A stretch of DNA of 53,969 nucleotides from Anaerolineae bacterium (GCA_041082215.1 JBDOIF010000129.1:1-53969); one strand, 5' to 3'; shown: positions 1-9,478, counted from the stretch's first letter. Notes: generated from the sequence alone by a model not told the origin. Made by a program: numbers and translations.

Positions 1-1
1 G

Positions 2-1039
2 GGGGTGGGGACGATCCTGGACGACGACCCGATGCCTACCCTGAGCATCAACGATGTGTCGGTGACGGAGGGGAACGCCGGTTCGACCGGCGCCGTCTTT
101 ACCGTCGCCCTCTCCGCCGCCAGCGGCCGGCCGGTGAGCGTGAGCTACGCCACCGCCGACGGCACGGCCACGGCAGGGGCGGATTACACCTTCACCAGCG
201 GGGTCCTGACCTTCTCGCCCGGCCAGACCAGCCGCACCCTCACCGTCACCGTCCTCGGCGACACCGTTGACGAACCCGACGAAACCTTCACTGTCAATCT
301 CTCCAGCCCCGTCAACGCCTCCATTGCCGACGGGCAGGGGGTGGGAACGATTATGGATGACGACGTCAACTTACCGCCGGTAGCCGATGCCGGGCCGGAT
401 CAGGACGTCCTGGTCGGTGCGGTGGTCGTTCTGGATGGCAGCCAGAGCACCGATCCTGACGGCCATATGCCACTCGTATATGAGTGGCAGCAGACAGGCG
501 GCACGCCAGTAGTGTTGAGCAGTCACAGCATAAGCTGTCCAACATTTGTAGCGCCTGCAACCCCGACTGTGCTCACCTTCACGCTTCTGGTTACCGATGC
601 ACTGGGCCTGCCCGGCGCGTCGGACTCAGTGGTCGTCAGGGTAAGCGACGAAGCCATCACGGGATTAAGCGCAGTCAGCAGCAGTCCGGCAGTGGTGAGC
701 GAGACCGTGACATTCACCGCTACGGTGCTCAGTGGCACGAATGTAGTTTATCAATGGGATTTTGGCGATGGGAGCATCCTACAAAATGGCCCCATAGTCA
801 CCCATATCTATTGGGAGCTTGGGGGTTACACCGCCGTTATAACCGCCAGCAACAGTGTCAATATGCTCACCACGACGGTAAGTGTGGACATAGTGAGCGC
901 CTCGCAGGAGCATAGAATCTACCTCCCGCTGATTATGGCGATTGGAAATCCGTCCGAGGGGACAGGGGCCCGTTCGCCAGAGAAGTTTCCCTGGCCTATC
1001 GGCGCTCCCCTGCGCCCTCCGTGGCTACGTGGTATGTAA
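2..1039 (+). CDS. C-terminal part of a secreted/surface protein: Calx-beta repeat(s), PKD-like/Ig-like domains and a YLPLIM motif; 5'-truncated by the window edge
   Basis: Calx-beta signature (LSINDVSVTEGNAG...VSYATADGTATAGADY...LTFSPGQTS...GDTVDEPDETF), a PPVADAGPDQ Ig-like domain and the PKD motif YQWDFGDG. The frame is open from base 2, and the Calx-beta end GVGTI(L/M)DDD recurs 336 nt later. Confidence 0.85.
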   Translation, partial: GVGTILDDDPMPTLSINDVSVTEGNAGSTGAVFTVALSAASGRPVSVSYATADGTATAGADYTFTSGVLTFSPGQTSRTLTVTVLGDTVDEPDETFTVNLSSPVNASIADGQGVGTIMDDDVNLPPVADAGPDQDVLVGAVVVLDGSQSTDPDGHMPLVYEWQQTGGTPVVLSSHSISCPTFVAPATPTVLTFTLLVTDALGLPGASDSVVVRVSDEAITGLSAVSSSPAVVSETVTFTATVLSGTNVVYQWDFGDGSILQNGPIVTHIYWELGGYTAVITASNSVNMLTTTVSVDIVSASQEHRIYLPLIMAIGNPSEGTGARSPEKFPWPIGAPLRPPWLRGM

Positions 1040-1076
1040 ATAAAACCCAACTGTGCAACTCTTGTAGACGAGGGCG

Positions 1077-2600
1077 ATGAGAAGGGATAGCACCTTCCTC
1101 AACTGGCAGACAATATGGGCAGCCGGTCTGGCTGCCATTACTCTGTTTCTCTCCCTCTACAATCTTGAGCGCTTCCCCTCCCCCTGGTTCGACGAGGGGA
1201 TCCACCTCCTCGTCGCCAAGAGGTTGGCCCTTGTGGGAGAATACCGCTTCGGCCCAGCCGTCGGCCCCACTGTCTTCTTCCCCGTCGCTGCGGCGTTCCG
1301 TCTGCTGGGCATACGGCTCCTGTCAGCACGCCTGGCGATGGCCGGATACCTTCTCCTGTGTGTGGCCGTCTTCTATGCCCTGGTCCGTCGCATCAGTGGC
1401 TGGAAGGTAGCCACGGTAGGTACGCTGCTGCTGTTGTCCTCACCGGGGGTCAATCTCCTGTACTGGGGCCGCCAGGTCCTCGGCGAGGTTCCTGCGGCTA
1501 TGTTCTTCCTGTTGGGGACCCTGACGTGGTGGGGAGCGTTGCAGGAGGAGCTGAGGAGCCAAAAGAGGTATAAATTGATCCTGTCTGGCCTGCTCTTCGG
1601 CCTGGCGGTCCTGACCAAGAACCAGTTCCTCCTGTTGTTGCCTGCCTGGCTCGTCCTCTGGATCGCCGACAGGCTGTACTATCGCCAGGCCGGTGCCTCT
1701 GGCTTTGCCCTTCCACTCCTCACGGTCATCTTCTGCGCGACGGCCTGGTATGCTGGACAGACGTTGCTGTTCCCAAACGGGCAGGGCCTGGCAACACAGG
1801 ATGTCCAGGAGTGGTCGAGCGCCTTGCGCCGAGGGGTATTTGTTCTTTCCACCGCGCGGATGGGGGATGCGCTGAAGTTCCTCACTGGCAAAGATGTATT
1901 CTACGCCTGGTCCCTGCCAGGCTGCCTGTACGCGGCCTTACGGAGCGCACGTCGGTCGAGGGAAGGGCTCCAGTGGGCCATGCTCACGGCTGTCGCTGGG
2001 GTCTGGCTTCTGTGGTTCGTGTTCCTTTCGGTTGGCTGGCCGCGGTACGCTTTCCCCCCCTTGATGCTATCGGCCTTCTTCATCGCTCAGGCTTTCCACG
2101 ACCTGACGGACGGCTACCGTATCTCCGCAGGGAGAATTCTGGAAGGGATCCGCACAGGACAGTCGGATGCGCCGTTGCTCGGAAGAGCGGCGCTCATAAC
2201 ACTGCTGGTACTCATTCTTCTGCGGCCCCTGCAGGCGCGGTTCACAGAGATCGTATCCAGCAACGACGATGCGCCCTGGCAGATCGCGGCCTATATTCAA
2301 GAGCATCTGCCTGAGGACATGGAGATCGAGACCTATGAACCGGAGGTCTGCTTTCTCTCCGGCCATAGTTGTCATCTTCCACCCGGCTGGGTCATGAACG
2401 CATCCATCGCCTACGCCTGGTACGGGGCACCTCCGCCATCCGACTACTACGATTTTCGGGAGCGCGGCGCACCCTATCTGCTCATCGGCGACTTCGGGCG
2501 TTGGGTGCACCTGTACGACCCGGAGACTGTGGCACGGGATTACGAACTGGAGGCATCCTTCGGCGGTTACGAGCTGTATCGGCTGAGAGAAGGAAGATGA
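1077..2600 (+). CDS. GT-C fold membrane glycosyltransferase (PMT/ArnT-like, GT39/GT83-like)
   Basis: Multi-TM protein with a first-loop WFDE acidic motif, LAVLTK and WPRY motifs, and a soluble C-terminal domain. Confidence 0.8.
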   Translation: MRRDSTFLNWQTIWAAGLAAITLFLSLYNLERFPSPWFDEGIHLLVAKRLALVGEYRFGPAVGPTVFFPVAAAFRLLGIRLLSARLAMAGYLLLCVAVFYALVRRISGWKVATVGTLLLLSSPGVNLLYWGRQVLGEVPAAMFFLLGTLTWWGALQEELRSQKRYKLILSGLLFGLAVLTKNQFLLLLPAWLVLWIADRLYYRQAGASGFALPLLTVIFCATAWYAGQTLLFPNGQGLATQDVQEWSSALRRGVFVLSTARMGDALKFLTGKDVFYAWSLPGCLYAALRSARRSREGLQWAMLTAVAGVWLLWFVFLSVGWPRYAFPPLMLSAFFIAQAFHDLTDGYRISAGRILEGIRTGQSDAPLLGRAALITLLVLILLRPLQARFTEIVSSNDDAPWQIAAYIQEHLPEDMEIETYEPEVCFLSGHSCHLPPGWVMNASIAYAWYGAPPPSDYYDFRERGAPYLLIGDFGRWVHLYDPETVARDYELEASFGGYELYRLREGR

Positions 2601-5050
2601 AGCGGAAAATCGGGGGGTTCTGGATCCGCTTACACCCATCGGGTCGGTTGGCTGGGAAACTCTGCCTGTGGGCACTGGTAGTTGGGGGGATGCTGGCAAC
2701 CGGTGCCTATACTCGCGCCCAGGGAACAGGCTGGGCCGATCCGGTGATGCTCTCCACCAACACCGTCAGTTCCTGGTTCCCCGACGTGGCCGTTGACCCC
2801 TGGGGGCAGCCTCACGTGGTCTGGAGCAGCGGTCGTTATTCACAGCAGGGGCAGATGGACCTCCTGATGTACACCACTCTAACCGATCAGGGTTGGCTGG
2901 AGCCGAACGACATCCAGGTGACGGCATACGGCGGGTACACGGTCCGTCCGGCCATTGCTGCGGATAACGCTGGCATGCTCCACGCGACCTTCCGGGGCGA
3001 GACGACGATCTACTATACCAGCAGTCCCGCGCCAGATGCCTGGAGGGCCTCCGCGTGGACGCCCCGTCGGCGGATCAGCGGCGCGGGCAACGGCACAGCC
3101 TACTATTCCGACATCGCGGTGGATGAGAACGGGGTCATCCACGTGGTCTGGAACGAAGGGGTCTCAACAGGCGCCGACCAGCGATGGCTGTGGCTGGGCA
3201 CCCCGGAGGGGGTGCTCCTCTACGACGGGAGCGGCTGGCGGGAAGAGGAGTTTCTGGCCAACCTGGCTGGACACCAGATTTATGCAATATTTGAAGACAG
3301 TGCCGGTGTCCAGTGGTTTGGAACGGACGACGGCGTCTTCCGCTTCGATGGAGCCGTCTGGCAGAAGCTCACGGTTCGGGATGGCCTGATCGGCCCAAAG
3401 GTCAACTGTATCGCTCAGGATACGGATGGCAGGCTGTGGTTCGGCACCGACCAGGGGGTAAGCGTCTACGACGAAACGATCCGGCAGGAGGATCAGAGAT
3501 GGACCGCCTACACCGCCGGCACAGGGTTGCCGGACAACAGGGTATATGCCTTGACTACCGACCCCTTTGGAGAGCTCTGGGTAGGGACGGCAAGGGGGCT
3601 GGCTGCCTACAATGGGAGGAACTGGGTCCGACACACCCCTCAGGATGGGGTGGCCGACGTCGAGATCCTCGCCCTGGCTACAGACATCGAGGGGGCTGTG
3701 TGGGTGGGAACGCCCTATGGGCTCAGCCGGCATGGGGAAGGGGGCTGGGAGACCTATACGATAGAAGACGGGCTGATCAGCAACAGGGTGACGGCTATTG
3801 CGGTTGATCCTGAGGATCGGATCTGGGTCGGCACCGATGGGGGTGTAAGCTTTCTGGATGGCTGGGGATGGAACTCTTTCGTCCCCGGTGAAGGGCTGGC
3901 AGGTGGCGCGGTCGTCGGGCTGGTAGTGGACAGCAAGGGGATCGTGTGGGTCGCTACGGAGAGAGGGATAAGCCGCTATCGCAACCAGGAATGGGAACCT
4001 CTGGAGCTCCCCGCAGGGGCCACTGGACGGCGAGTCACTGCGCTGGGTATGGACCGTCAGCTAAACGCCATCTGCCCCCTGTGTGCAGATATCTTCTACC
4101 GCCGCTCAACCGATGGAGGCCAAACCTGGTCTGCCCCTGTCAACCTCTCCCGTTCATTCGCCGGATCCGTGAAGCCGCAGATATGGGTAGCGAACGGTGG
4201 AGATGTATACGTCACATGGGAGGAGGGAGAGGACTGGTATCTACACAAAGGTTATCCTGTAGGGTCAGGGTTTATCCACTCCCCAGACAGCGGAAGCACC
4301 TGGATGGACCCGGTGATGTTCTCCTCTCCCCGGGGAGCGCCCCAGCAGATTACGCTGGGGGATGCAGGGCAGGGCCGCCTTGTTGCCGTGTGGCGGCTGC
4401 CGGCGGAAAGGGCCTACTATTACCAGGTCTCCACTGATAACGGTGCCACCTGGTCGGAGCCGAGGGCGATCCCAGGGGTGATCGCCAAGCCCTGGGCAGC
4501 CTACAGCCTGGATGCATACCACGCCGCCACCGATAGCGCTGGGCATGTCCATCTGCTGGTGCTGGGGATGTTCTATTCGCCAACCGAGGAATTGGGGGTC
4601 ATCCATCTGGTCTGGGATGGAGCCTCCTGGTCGTCGCCGACCCGGGTCTTTGCCTCCAAAGATCCGCCCGAATGGCCCAGGGTTGCGGTGGGCGCAGGGA
4701 ACCAGGTGTATGCCGTCTGGTTTACGCGGGACGAGCGCCACGTAGATGATTCCGAGCACGGTCGGTATAAGGTTTGGGTTTCTTCCTTTACAGCGGACGC
4801 TGCGCCGCAGGCTCCGCCTCCTCTCCCCTCTTCAACGTCCATTGCCACTCCGGCAGCCAACATCGGGGGCTCGGAGGCATCCCACACGCCAACACCGACA
4901 CAGGCCGCCGGGCAGGTGACCTCTGAACCGCCCCAGGGAATCTATACGGAGAACGATGAGTTAGGACAACTGGTGCTGGCCCTTTCTCCGATCCTTCTCA
5001 TCCTGATCGTCGTGGCGCTGCGGCTGAGGCTCTTCAGCCGGCATGGATGA
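2597..5050 (+). CDS. Secreted, C-terminally membrane-anchored beta-propeller protein (BNR/Asp-box propeller with inserted two-component-regulator-type propeller repeats)
   Basis: ATGA overlap with the upstream stop (start MKRKIGG) and a signal peptide. Asp-boxes STDGGQTW, SPDSGSTW and STDNGATW; about 6-7 repeats of the type D.DG.LWFGT..G; P/T-rich linker; C-terminal TM helix with a basic tail. Confidence 0.75.
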   Translation: MKRKIGGFWIRLHPSGRLAGKLCLWALVVGGMLATGAYTRAQGTGWADPVMLSTNTVSSWFPDVAVDPWGQPHVVWSSGRYSQQGQMDLLMYTTLTDQGWLEPNDIQVTAYGGYTVRPAIAADNAGMLHATFRGETTIYYTSSPAPDAWRASAWTPRRRISGAGNGTAYYSDIAVDENGVIHVVWNEGVSTGADQRWLWLGTPEGVLLYDGSGWREEEFLANLAGHQIYAIFEDSAGVQWFGTDDGVFRFDGAVWQKLTVRDGLIGPKVNCIAQDTDGRLWFGTDQGVSVYDETIRQEDQRWTAYTAGTGLPDNRVYALTTDPFGELWVGTARGLAAYNGRNWVRHTPQDGVADVEILALATDIEGAVWVGTPYGLSRHGEGGWETYTIEDGLISNRVTAIAVDPEDRIWVGTDGGVSFLDGWGWNSFVPGEGLAGGAVVGLVVDSKGIVWVATERGISRYRNQEWEPLELPAGATGRRVTALGMDRQLNAICPLCADIFYRRSTDGGQTWSAPVNLSRSFAGSVKPQIWVANGGDVYVTWEEGEDWYLHKGYPVGSGFIHSPDSGSTWMDPVMFSSPRGAPQQITLGDAGQGRLVAVWRLPAERAYYYQVSTDNGATWSEPRAIPGVIAKPWAAYSLDAYHAATDSAGHVHLLVLGMFYSPTEELGVIHLVWDGASWSSPTRVFASKDPPEWPRVAVGAGNQVYAVWFTRDERHVDDSEHGRYKVWVSSFTADAAPQAPPPLPSSTSIATPAANIGGSEASHTPTPTQAAGQVTSEPPQGIYTENDELGQLVLALSPILLILIVVALRLRLFSRHG

Positions 5051-5080
5051 GTCGCTGGAGGAGGTAGGAACAGAGAGCTA

Positions 5081-5109
5081 TTGACGCCCACTCCCCCGCA
5101 TGGTACGAT
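5081..5109 (+). promoter_or_regulatory. Sigma70-type promoter TTGACG-N17-TACGAT with extended -10 TG
   Basis: TTGACG 5081-5086, TG 5101-5102, TACGAT 5104-5109; 17-nt spacer; intergenic. Confidence 0.65.
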
Positions 5110-5157
5110 GCTTTTGCAGGGCGGGCGTCTCCAGATCACAATTCCCACATCTCACCG

Positions 5158-5191
5158 AGCCCGGCGCGATGCCCGGGCTTTTGTTTTATTT
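5158..5191 (+). terminator. Intrinsic-terminator-like hairpin in the leader of the 5244 gene
   Basis: Stem AGCCCGG (5158-5164) / CCGGGCT (5173-5179) followed by TTTGTTTTATTT. Confidence 0.6.
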
Positions 5192-5243
5192 GAGCTGGGA
5201 TGCCCATTGCTTCATCAACCAGATTTCCAGCGGAGGTCGGAGA

Positions 5244-7007
5244 ATGTCTAAAGTGCCGAAGCTCATTCTGACCCTTGGGATCGTCCTTGTGATCGGAGTG
5301 GGCAGCGTGGAGCTCACGGCTGCCCAGGGAGAGCCGCTCCGGCGCGTGCATATCCCCTATTTTTCCGGCGACGTCCGCTGGGCAGAAGCGGCGGTCTTCT
5401 GGTTCGGGGAGGTGACACCCACCCACAACTCCGCCGATGTCCGCGCAGCCTACACCGACGACCAGCTCCACCTGCGGGTGGCGGTCTTCGACCGGCGGAT
5501 CTGGTACGACACAACCCCCTCCACAAGCGATCTGACCAACTGGGACGCGGTCTCCATCTACCTCAATCTGGACGGCGCAGAGGGGACCGCTCCGGGCCTG
5601 AAGGCCTACCGCTTCGTGGCCCAGTTCAGCTACTGGGAGTCCCGGCAGAACTACCAGGCCGCTTACCGGGGGACCGGCTCCGGCTGGGTGCAGTCAGGGC
5701 TGACCTTCACCACGGAGAGCGTTTACCGGGGGACCGGTGGTCCCAATAAGGATGCCGACAACCGGGGGTGGGTGGCATCGTTCCACATCCCCTTCAGCAG
5801 CCTGGGTCTCTCGGCCCCGCCGCCCGAGGGAACCATCTGGGGTATGGCTGTGATCGTCCACGACCGGGACGACAGTGCTGGCACATCCATTCCCAACCAA
5901 TCCTGGCCCGAATGGATGGAGCCAAATCGCCCGGCCTCCTGGGGGGAGCTGTCGTTCGGCCAGCCGGACTATACTCCCCCCCCGGCGGTCCAGACCGGGA
6001 GTGTGGTCATCCGCCACAAGCTGGGCGGGGCGGTGGTGACGGATGGGGCGGTGGGAGGCGGAACTACCTGCGGAGATGGGCTGGATTTCTGGACCCAGTG
6101 GGGGGAGGCAAACTATGCCGGCCAGGCTGACTTCAACGTGCAGAATCAGGCCGATGTGGCCGACTGGCCCTGCTTCTCCAGGTACTACGTCACTTTCCCC
6201 CTGAACGCCATCCCGGCCGGAAAGGTGATCCTATCGGCCACGCTGACGCTGCACCAGTTCGGCAACTCAGGAGGAGGGGAGTGGGGGACGCCGGACCCGT
6301 CGCTGATCCAGGTCTTTACGGTGGATGAGAGCTGGAATGAGGCGACGCTGACCTGGAACAACAGTCCCCTTGCAGCGGAGAACGTCTCCGCTGCCTGGGT
6401 GGATGCGTTTACGAAATTCCCTGGATGGCCAGGGGTGCCCAGGACATGGGATGTGAGCAGGGCCGTTGCTGAAGCCTACAATGCCGGAAGGCCTCTCCGC
6501 CTGGCCCTCTACTCGGCGGATACAGCATATCATAGTGGTAAGTACTTCGTCTCCTCCGATACGGGCGACTGGAACGCCCAGGGCCGCCCCACGCTGACGG
6601 TGGTTTGGGGGGAGCAGGCAGCGACCGTGCATAAGAGAGTATGGCCCGTGGCTCCTGCAGGAGGGGGAAGAGTGACCTACACTTTGAGCCTTCTTGGGAG
6701 CGGCCGTCCCCTCACCCTCACCGACAATCTCCCGGCGCAGGTCAGTGCGCCGGGGCCGATCCAGGTATCGGGCGGGCCGGCGGCCAGCTACGCCCCGGGT
6801 CTGCACCGCCTGACCTGGAGCGGCTCCCCCGCCGCAGGCCAGCCGGTGACCATCACCTTCCCGGTGACCGTCCAGGCCAGCGGCCCCCTGGCGGTGTTCA
6901 ATACCGTCGTGCTAACCGATGGACAGGGTTTCGTCTTCACCGATACGGCGGTATTCGTCGTAGACGCGTATCAGATGTGGCTGCCGGTGCTGCTCCGCAA
7001 CTCATGA
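5244..7007 (+). CDS. Secreted protein with CBM9-like and DNRLRE-like domains, a DUF11-like Ig module and a C-terminal WLPVLLR motif
   Basis: GGAGG at 5232-5236 before ATG (MSKVPK); signal peptide; CBM9-like DAVSIYL...FHIPFSSLG; DNRLRE-like IPAGKVILSATLTL...WNEATLTWNNSP. Confidence 0.65.
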   Translation: MSKVPKLILTLGIVLVIGVGSVELTAAQGEPLRRVHIPYFSGDVRWAEAAVFWFGEVTPTHNSADVRAAYTDDQLHLRVAVFDRRIWYDTTPSTSDLTNWDAVSIYLNLDGAEGTAPGLKAYRFVAQFSYWESRQNYQAAYRGTGSGWVQSGLTFTTESVYRGTGGPNKDADNRGWVASFHIPFSSLGLSAPPPEGTIWGMAVIVHDRDDSAGTSIPNQSWPEWMEPNRPASWGELSFGQPDYTPPPAVQTGSVVIRHKLGGAVVTDGAVGGGTTCGDGLDFWTQWGEANYAGQADFNVQNQADVADWPCFSRYYVTFPLNAIPAGKVILSATLTLHQFGNSGGGEWGTPDPSLIQVFTVDESWNEATLTWNNSPLAAENVSAAWVDAFTKFPGWPGVPRTWDVSRAVAEAYNAGRPLRLALYSADTAYHSGKYFVSSDTGDWNAQGRPTLTVVWGEQAATVHKRVWPVAPAGGGRVTYTLSLLGSGRPLTLTDNLPAQVSAPGPIQVSGGPAASYAPGLHRLTWSGSPAAGQPVTITFPVTVQASGPLAVFNTVVLTDGQGFVFTDTAVFVVDAYQMWLPVLLRNS

Positions 7008-7010
7008 GAA

Positions 7011-7038
7011 AGGGGCGGCGCCGTATCGGCCCGCCCCT
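7011..7038. terminator. GC-rich hairpin between convergent genes
   Basis: AGGGGCGG...CCGCCCCT outer stem with inner GCCG/CGGC; lies between the stops at 7007 (+) and 7056 (-). Confidence 0.55.
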
Positions 7039-7055
7039 CCACCTGGTGAAGAGTG

Positions 7056-8267
7056 TCACAGGTTGACCCGCTGATAGTCAATCTGGCTGTACCCGCTCCC
7101 CCAGGGGTCGCCGCGCTCATAAATCCCCAGTCCCGCAGCGGCTGCCAGTTGCAGATAGTCGTCGGCCCCGGGACGTTTGGGGTGGTAAGTTGGCTCGGCG
7201 TCGAGGATGTCCAGCATCACGCAGTCGAGCGCCACCGGGTCTCTGGAGAAGAAGAGGCTCCTGGGCGCATTGTTGCCGAAAGTGGCCCACCGGGACGGCG
7301 TGACATTGGTGTTGCCCAGCGCACCGTACAGGCCATCTCCCACTACCAGGATGGTCTTACCCTGGATGTGGGGGTTCTTGTAGATGTCGAGGAGAGGGCT
7401 GTAGGTAGGGCTGTAGGAAGAATGGCCGGGGTCAATGGAGTCGTGCAGGTTATCCGATCCTCCCCGGATGATATTGTTGATCGTGCCGTAGTGATTCTTG
7501 AACCCCAGTGTGACGCCGGAAATGCCGTGGTCCTTCATGATCGGCATATTGATGAGATAGGTGGCGCCGATCACCACGTCGGCGATGCGCCGGTCGGTGA
7601 GGTAGGGACGGCCGAAATGAACGACCGCGTTGGGGTCGGTACTGCTGAACGTGGCCTGCTCAGCGCACCCGCCTCCATCAACAAAGTGCACGCCTGGATA
7701 AAGACAATGGCTCCGAAAACGGGCGGGTAGCCCTCTCAACGCGTCATATATGTAAATATCCTCTTCCCGCACGCCGATCTGCTTCATCCCCCGGATCAGG
7801 CCGTTGACGGGGTGGATCAGGCCATCAATGATGTTGTCGCTATCCGTACAACTGTTGCAGTTGTTGAAGTTGACCTTGATGGCGATCCTCTGGCCTGGCT
7901 GATAGGCTGGCAGGAGCGCACGCCACGCATCAGGCACGGACTCGGTTCCGGTGAGGCGCATCAGCCCCTGATCCACCATCTCGTTCACCACGTTCTGGTC
8001 CACATAGTTGCCGTACCAGCCGGTGGAGAAGTTCCACGATGTGGCTGCCGCAGCGTAGACATGGACAACCCGACCATCCTGGGGCGGTGGGGAACCGCTG
8101 CCCTTCATCACGAGCGGCAGAAAGGCGCGGGGGGTAAGCTCCGGCGCCTGGGCGGTCGCGCCCGGTGCCCTCAGACCCAGCAGGCGGCAGGCGGCAGAGA
8201 GGGCCGCATAGCCGGCCGCCACGACCGCTCCCTTGAGCAGGTCTCGACGAGAAAATAACTGCTTCAC
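7056..8267 (-). CDS. Tat-exported DUF362-family protein (probable Fe-S)
   Basis: GTG start overlapping the upstream stop (GTGA) with an AAGGAG RBS; twin-arginine SRRDLLK; DUF362 motifs IAIKVN, INMPIMKDHG..GVTLGFKNHYG and SRDPVALD. Confidence 0.75.
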   Translation of the reverse strand: MKQLFSRRDLLKGAVVAAGYAALSAACRLLGLRAPGATAQAPELTPRAFLPLVMKGSGSPPPQDGRVVHVYAAAATSWNFSTGWYGNYVDQNVVNEMVDQGLMRLTGTESVPDAWRALLPAYQPGQRIAIKVNFNNCNSCTDSDNIIDGLIHPVNGLIRGMKQIGVREEDIYIYDALRGLPARFRSHCLYPGVHFVDGGGCAEQATFSSTDPNAVVHFGRPYLTDRRIADVVIGATYLINMPIMKDHGISGVTLGFKNHYGTINNIIRGGSDNLHDSIDPGHSSYSPTYSPLLDIYKNPHIQGKTILVVGDGLYGALGNTNVTPSRWATFGNNAPRSLFFSRDPVALDCVMLDILDAEPTYHPKRPGADDYLQLAAAAGLGIYERGDPWGSGYSQIDYQRVNL

Positions 8268-9478
8268 AGGGTTTCTCCTTTCATCGCAGCTTCGTACACC
8301 TCTACCAGCCCCCGCGCCCCCTCCTCCCAACTGTGGTGCTCCTCCACATACCGCCGCCCCGCGGTCGAAAGCCGCATCGCCAGAGCCGGGTCCGCAAAGA
8401 CCCGCAGCACCTGAGCGGCGAACGCCTCCGGCCCGTCGGCGACCAGGACCTCCTCCTCCGGCCGCGCCTCCAGCCCCGCCAGCGCAGCAGAGGTGCAGAC
8501 GACCGGCGTCCCCATCGCCATCGCCTCCAGCACTTTGTTCTGCACCCCGACCGCATAGAAAGCAGGACACACCGCCACCGCTGCCCCCGCCAGATACGGC
8601 CTCAGGTCCTCTACATACCCTGTCACCTCGATCCGCCTGTCCTCTGCCAGCCGCCGCACCGCCTCCGGCGGGTCCTTCCCCACGATCTGAAACCGCACTT
8701 CCGGGTCCCGCGCCCAGATATGGGGCAGGACCTCCCGCGCGAAGTGCAATGCGGCAGAGATGTTGGCATGGTAACTCATCTTGCCGGTGAAGACGACGGT
8801 CCGGCCGTCGCGGGGCCTGTCCTGCGGGCGGAAGTACTCCAGGTCCACCCCGTTGGTCACCACCGTGACCGGCGCCGAACGGACCGAGGGAGGGAGGTAC
8901 TGCCGGGCCAGCCCCTCCAGCGCCTCCCTATCCCGCCGGGAGGTGACCACGACCTGATCATACCGGGTCAGAAGCAGCGCCTCGTACCGACGAGTGCGGG
9001 CCAGATCGAGCGCCGTCATCAGCCGGGAGCGGAGCTGCGCCCCTACCCGCGCCGCCTGTTCGAAGAGCAGGGAGATGCAATCCACGGAGTCGTACACCGC
9101 CGGCACGCCCCGAACCGCCCGCACCAGCCGGGCGGCCCGCAGATGCTCGATGTGGACCACGTCGAAAGGCTCCCCCCGCAGCCGCTCCATCAGCCGGCGC
9201 TCCATCGCCGGGTGATAGGCATAGACCGCCTGCAGGGGCTCCCGGGTGGGGAGCGCGCGGAGACAGTTGACAAGGGAGCGGGAAAGAGGGACCGGGAAGG
9301 CTTCCACTTCTACCCCCTCGCTCCGAAGCCTCTCCACATGCTCCCGGTCCTCCTCCGAGGCGCTCGCCGCCGTAAGAAGCGCGATCCGATGGCCCAGGCC
9401 CGCCAGCGCCCGGATCAGGTTGTAGGGCCGGGTGCGGATGGGGGAGGGGACGTAGGGGGTAACAAACAGGATTCTCAT
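8264..9478 (-). CDS. Glycosyltransferase family 4
   Basis: MRILFVTP start, NGVDLEYF, FTGKMSYHAN and GVQNKVLEAMAMG (GT-B fold). Confidence 0.9.
   Translation of the reverse strand: MRILFVTPYVPSPIRTRPYNLIRALAGLGHRIALLTAASASEEDREHVERLRSEGVEVEAFPVPLSRSLVNCLRALPTREPLQAVYAYHPAMERRLMERLRGEPFDVVHIEHLRAARLVRAVRGVPAVYDSVDCISLLFEQAARVGAQLRSRLMTALDLARTRRYEALLLTRYDQVVVTSRRDREALEGLARQYLPPSVRSAPVTVVTNGVDLEYFRPQDRPRDGRTVVFTGKMSYHANISAALHFAREVLPHIWARDPEVRFQIVGKDPPEAVRRLAEDRRIEVTGYVEDLRPYLAGAAVAVCPAFYAVGVQNKVLEAMAMGTPVVCTSAALAGLEARPEEEVLVADGPEAFAAQVLRVFADPALAMRLSTAGRRYVEEHHSWEEGARGLVEVYEAAMKGETL

Noticed and set aside
2369..2596. Upstream extensions of listed ORFs (also 5100-5243, 38093-38275, 47042-47098 and 52248-52340)
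   Set aside because: They overlap neighbouring genes or repeats; downstream starts have better RBS or stop-start coupling.
8268..8570. N-terminal 101 aa of the listed 7056..8570 ORF
   Set aside because: Overlaps the GT4 gene out of frame; the real start is the GTG at 8267, with an RBS and Tat signal.
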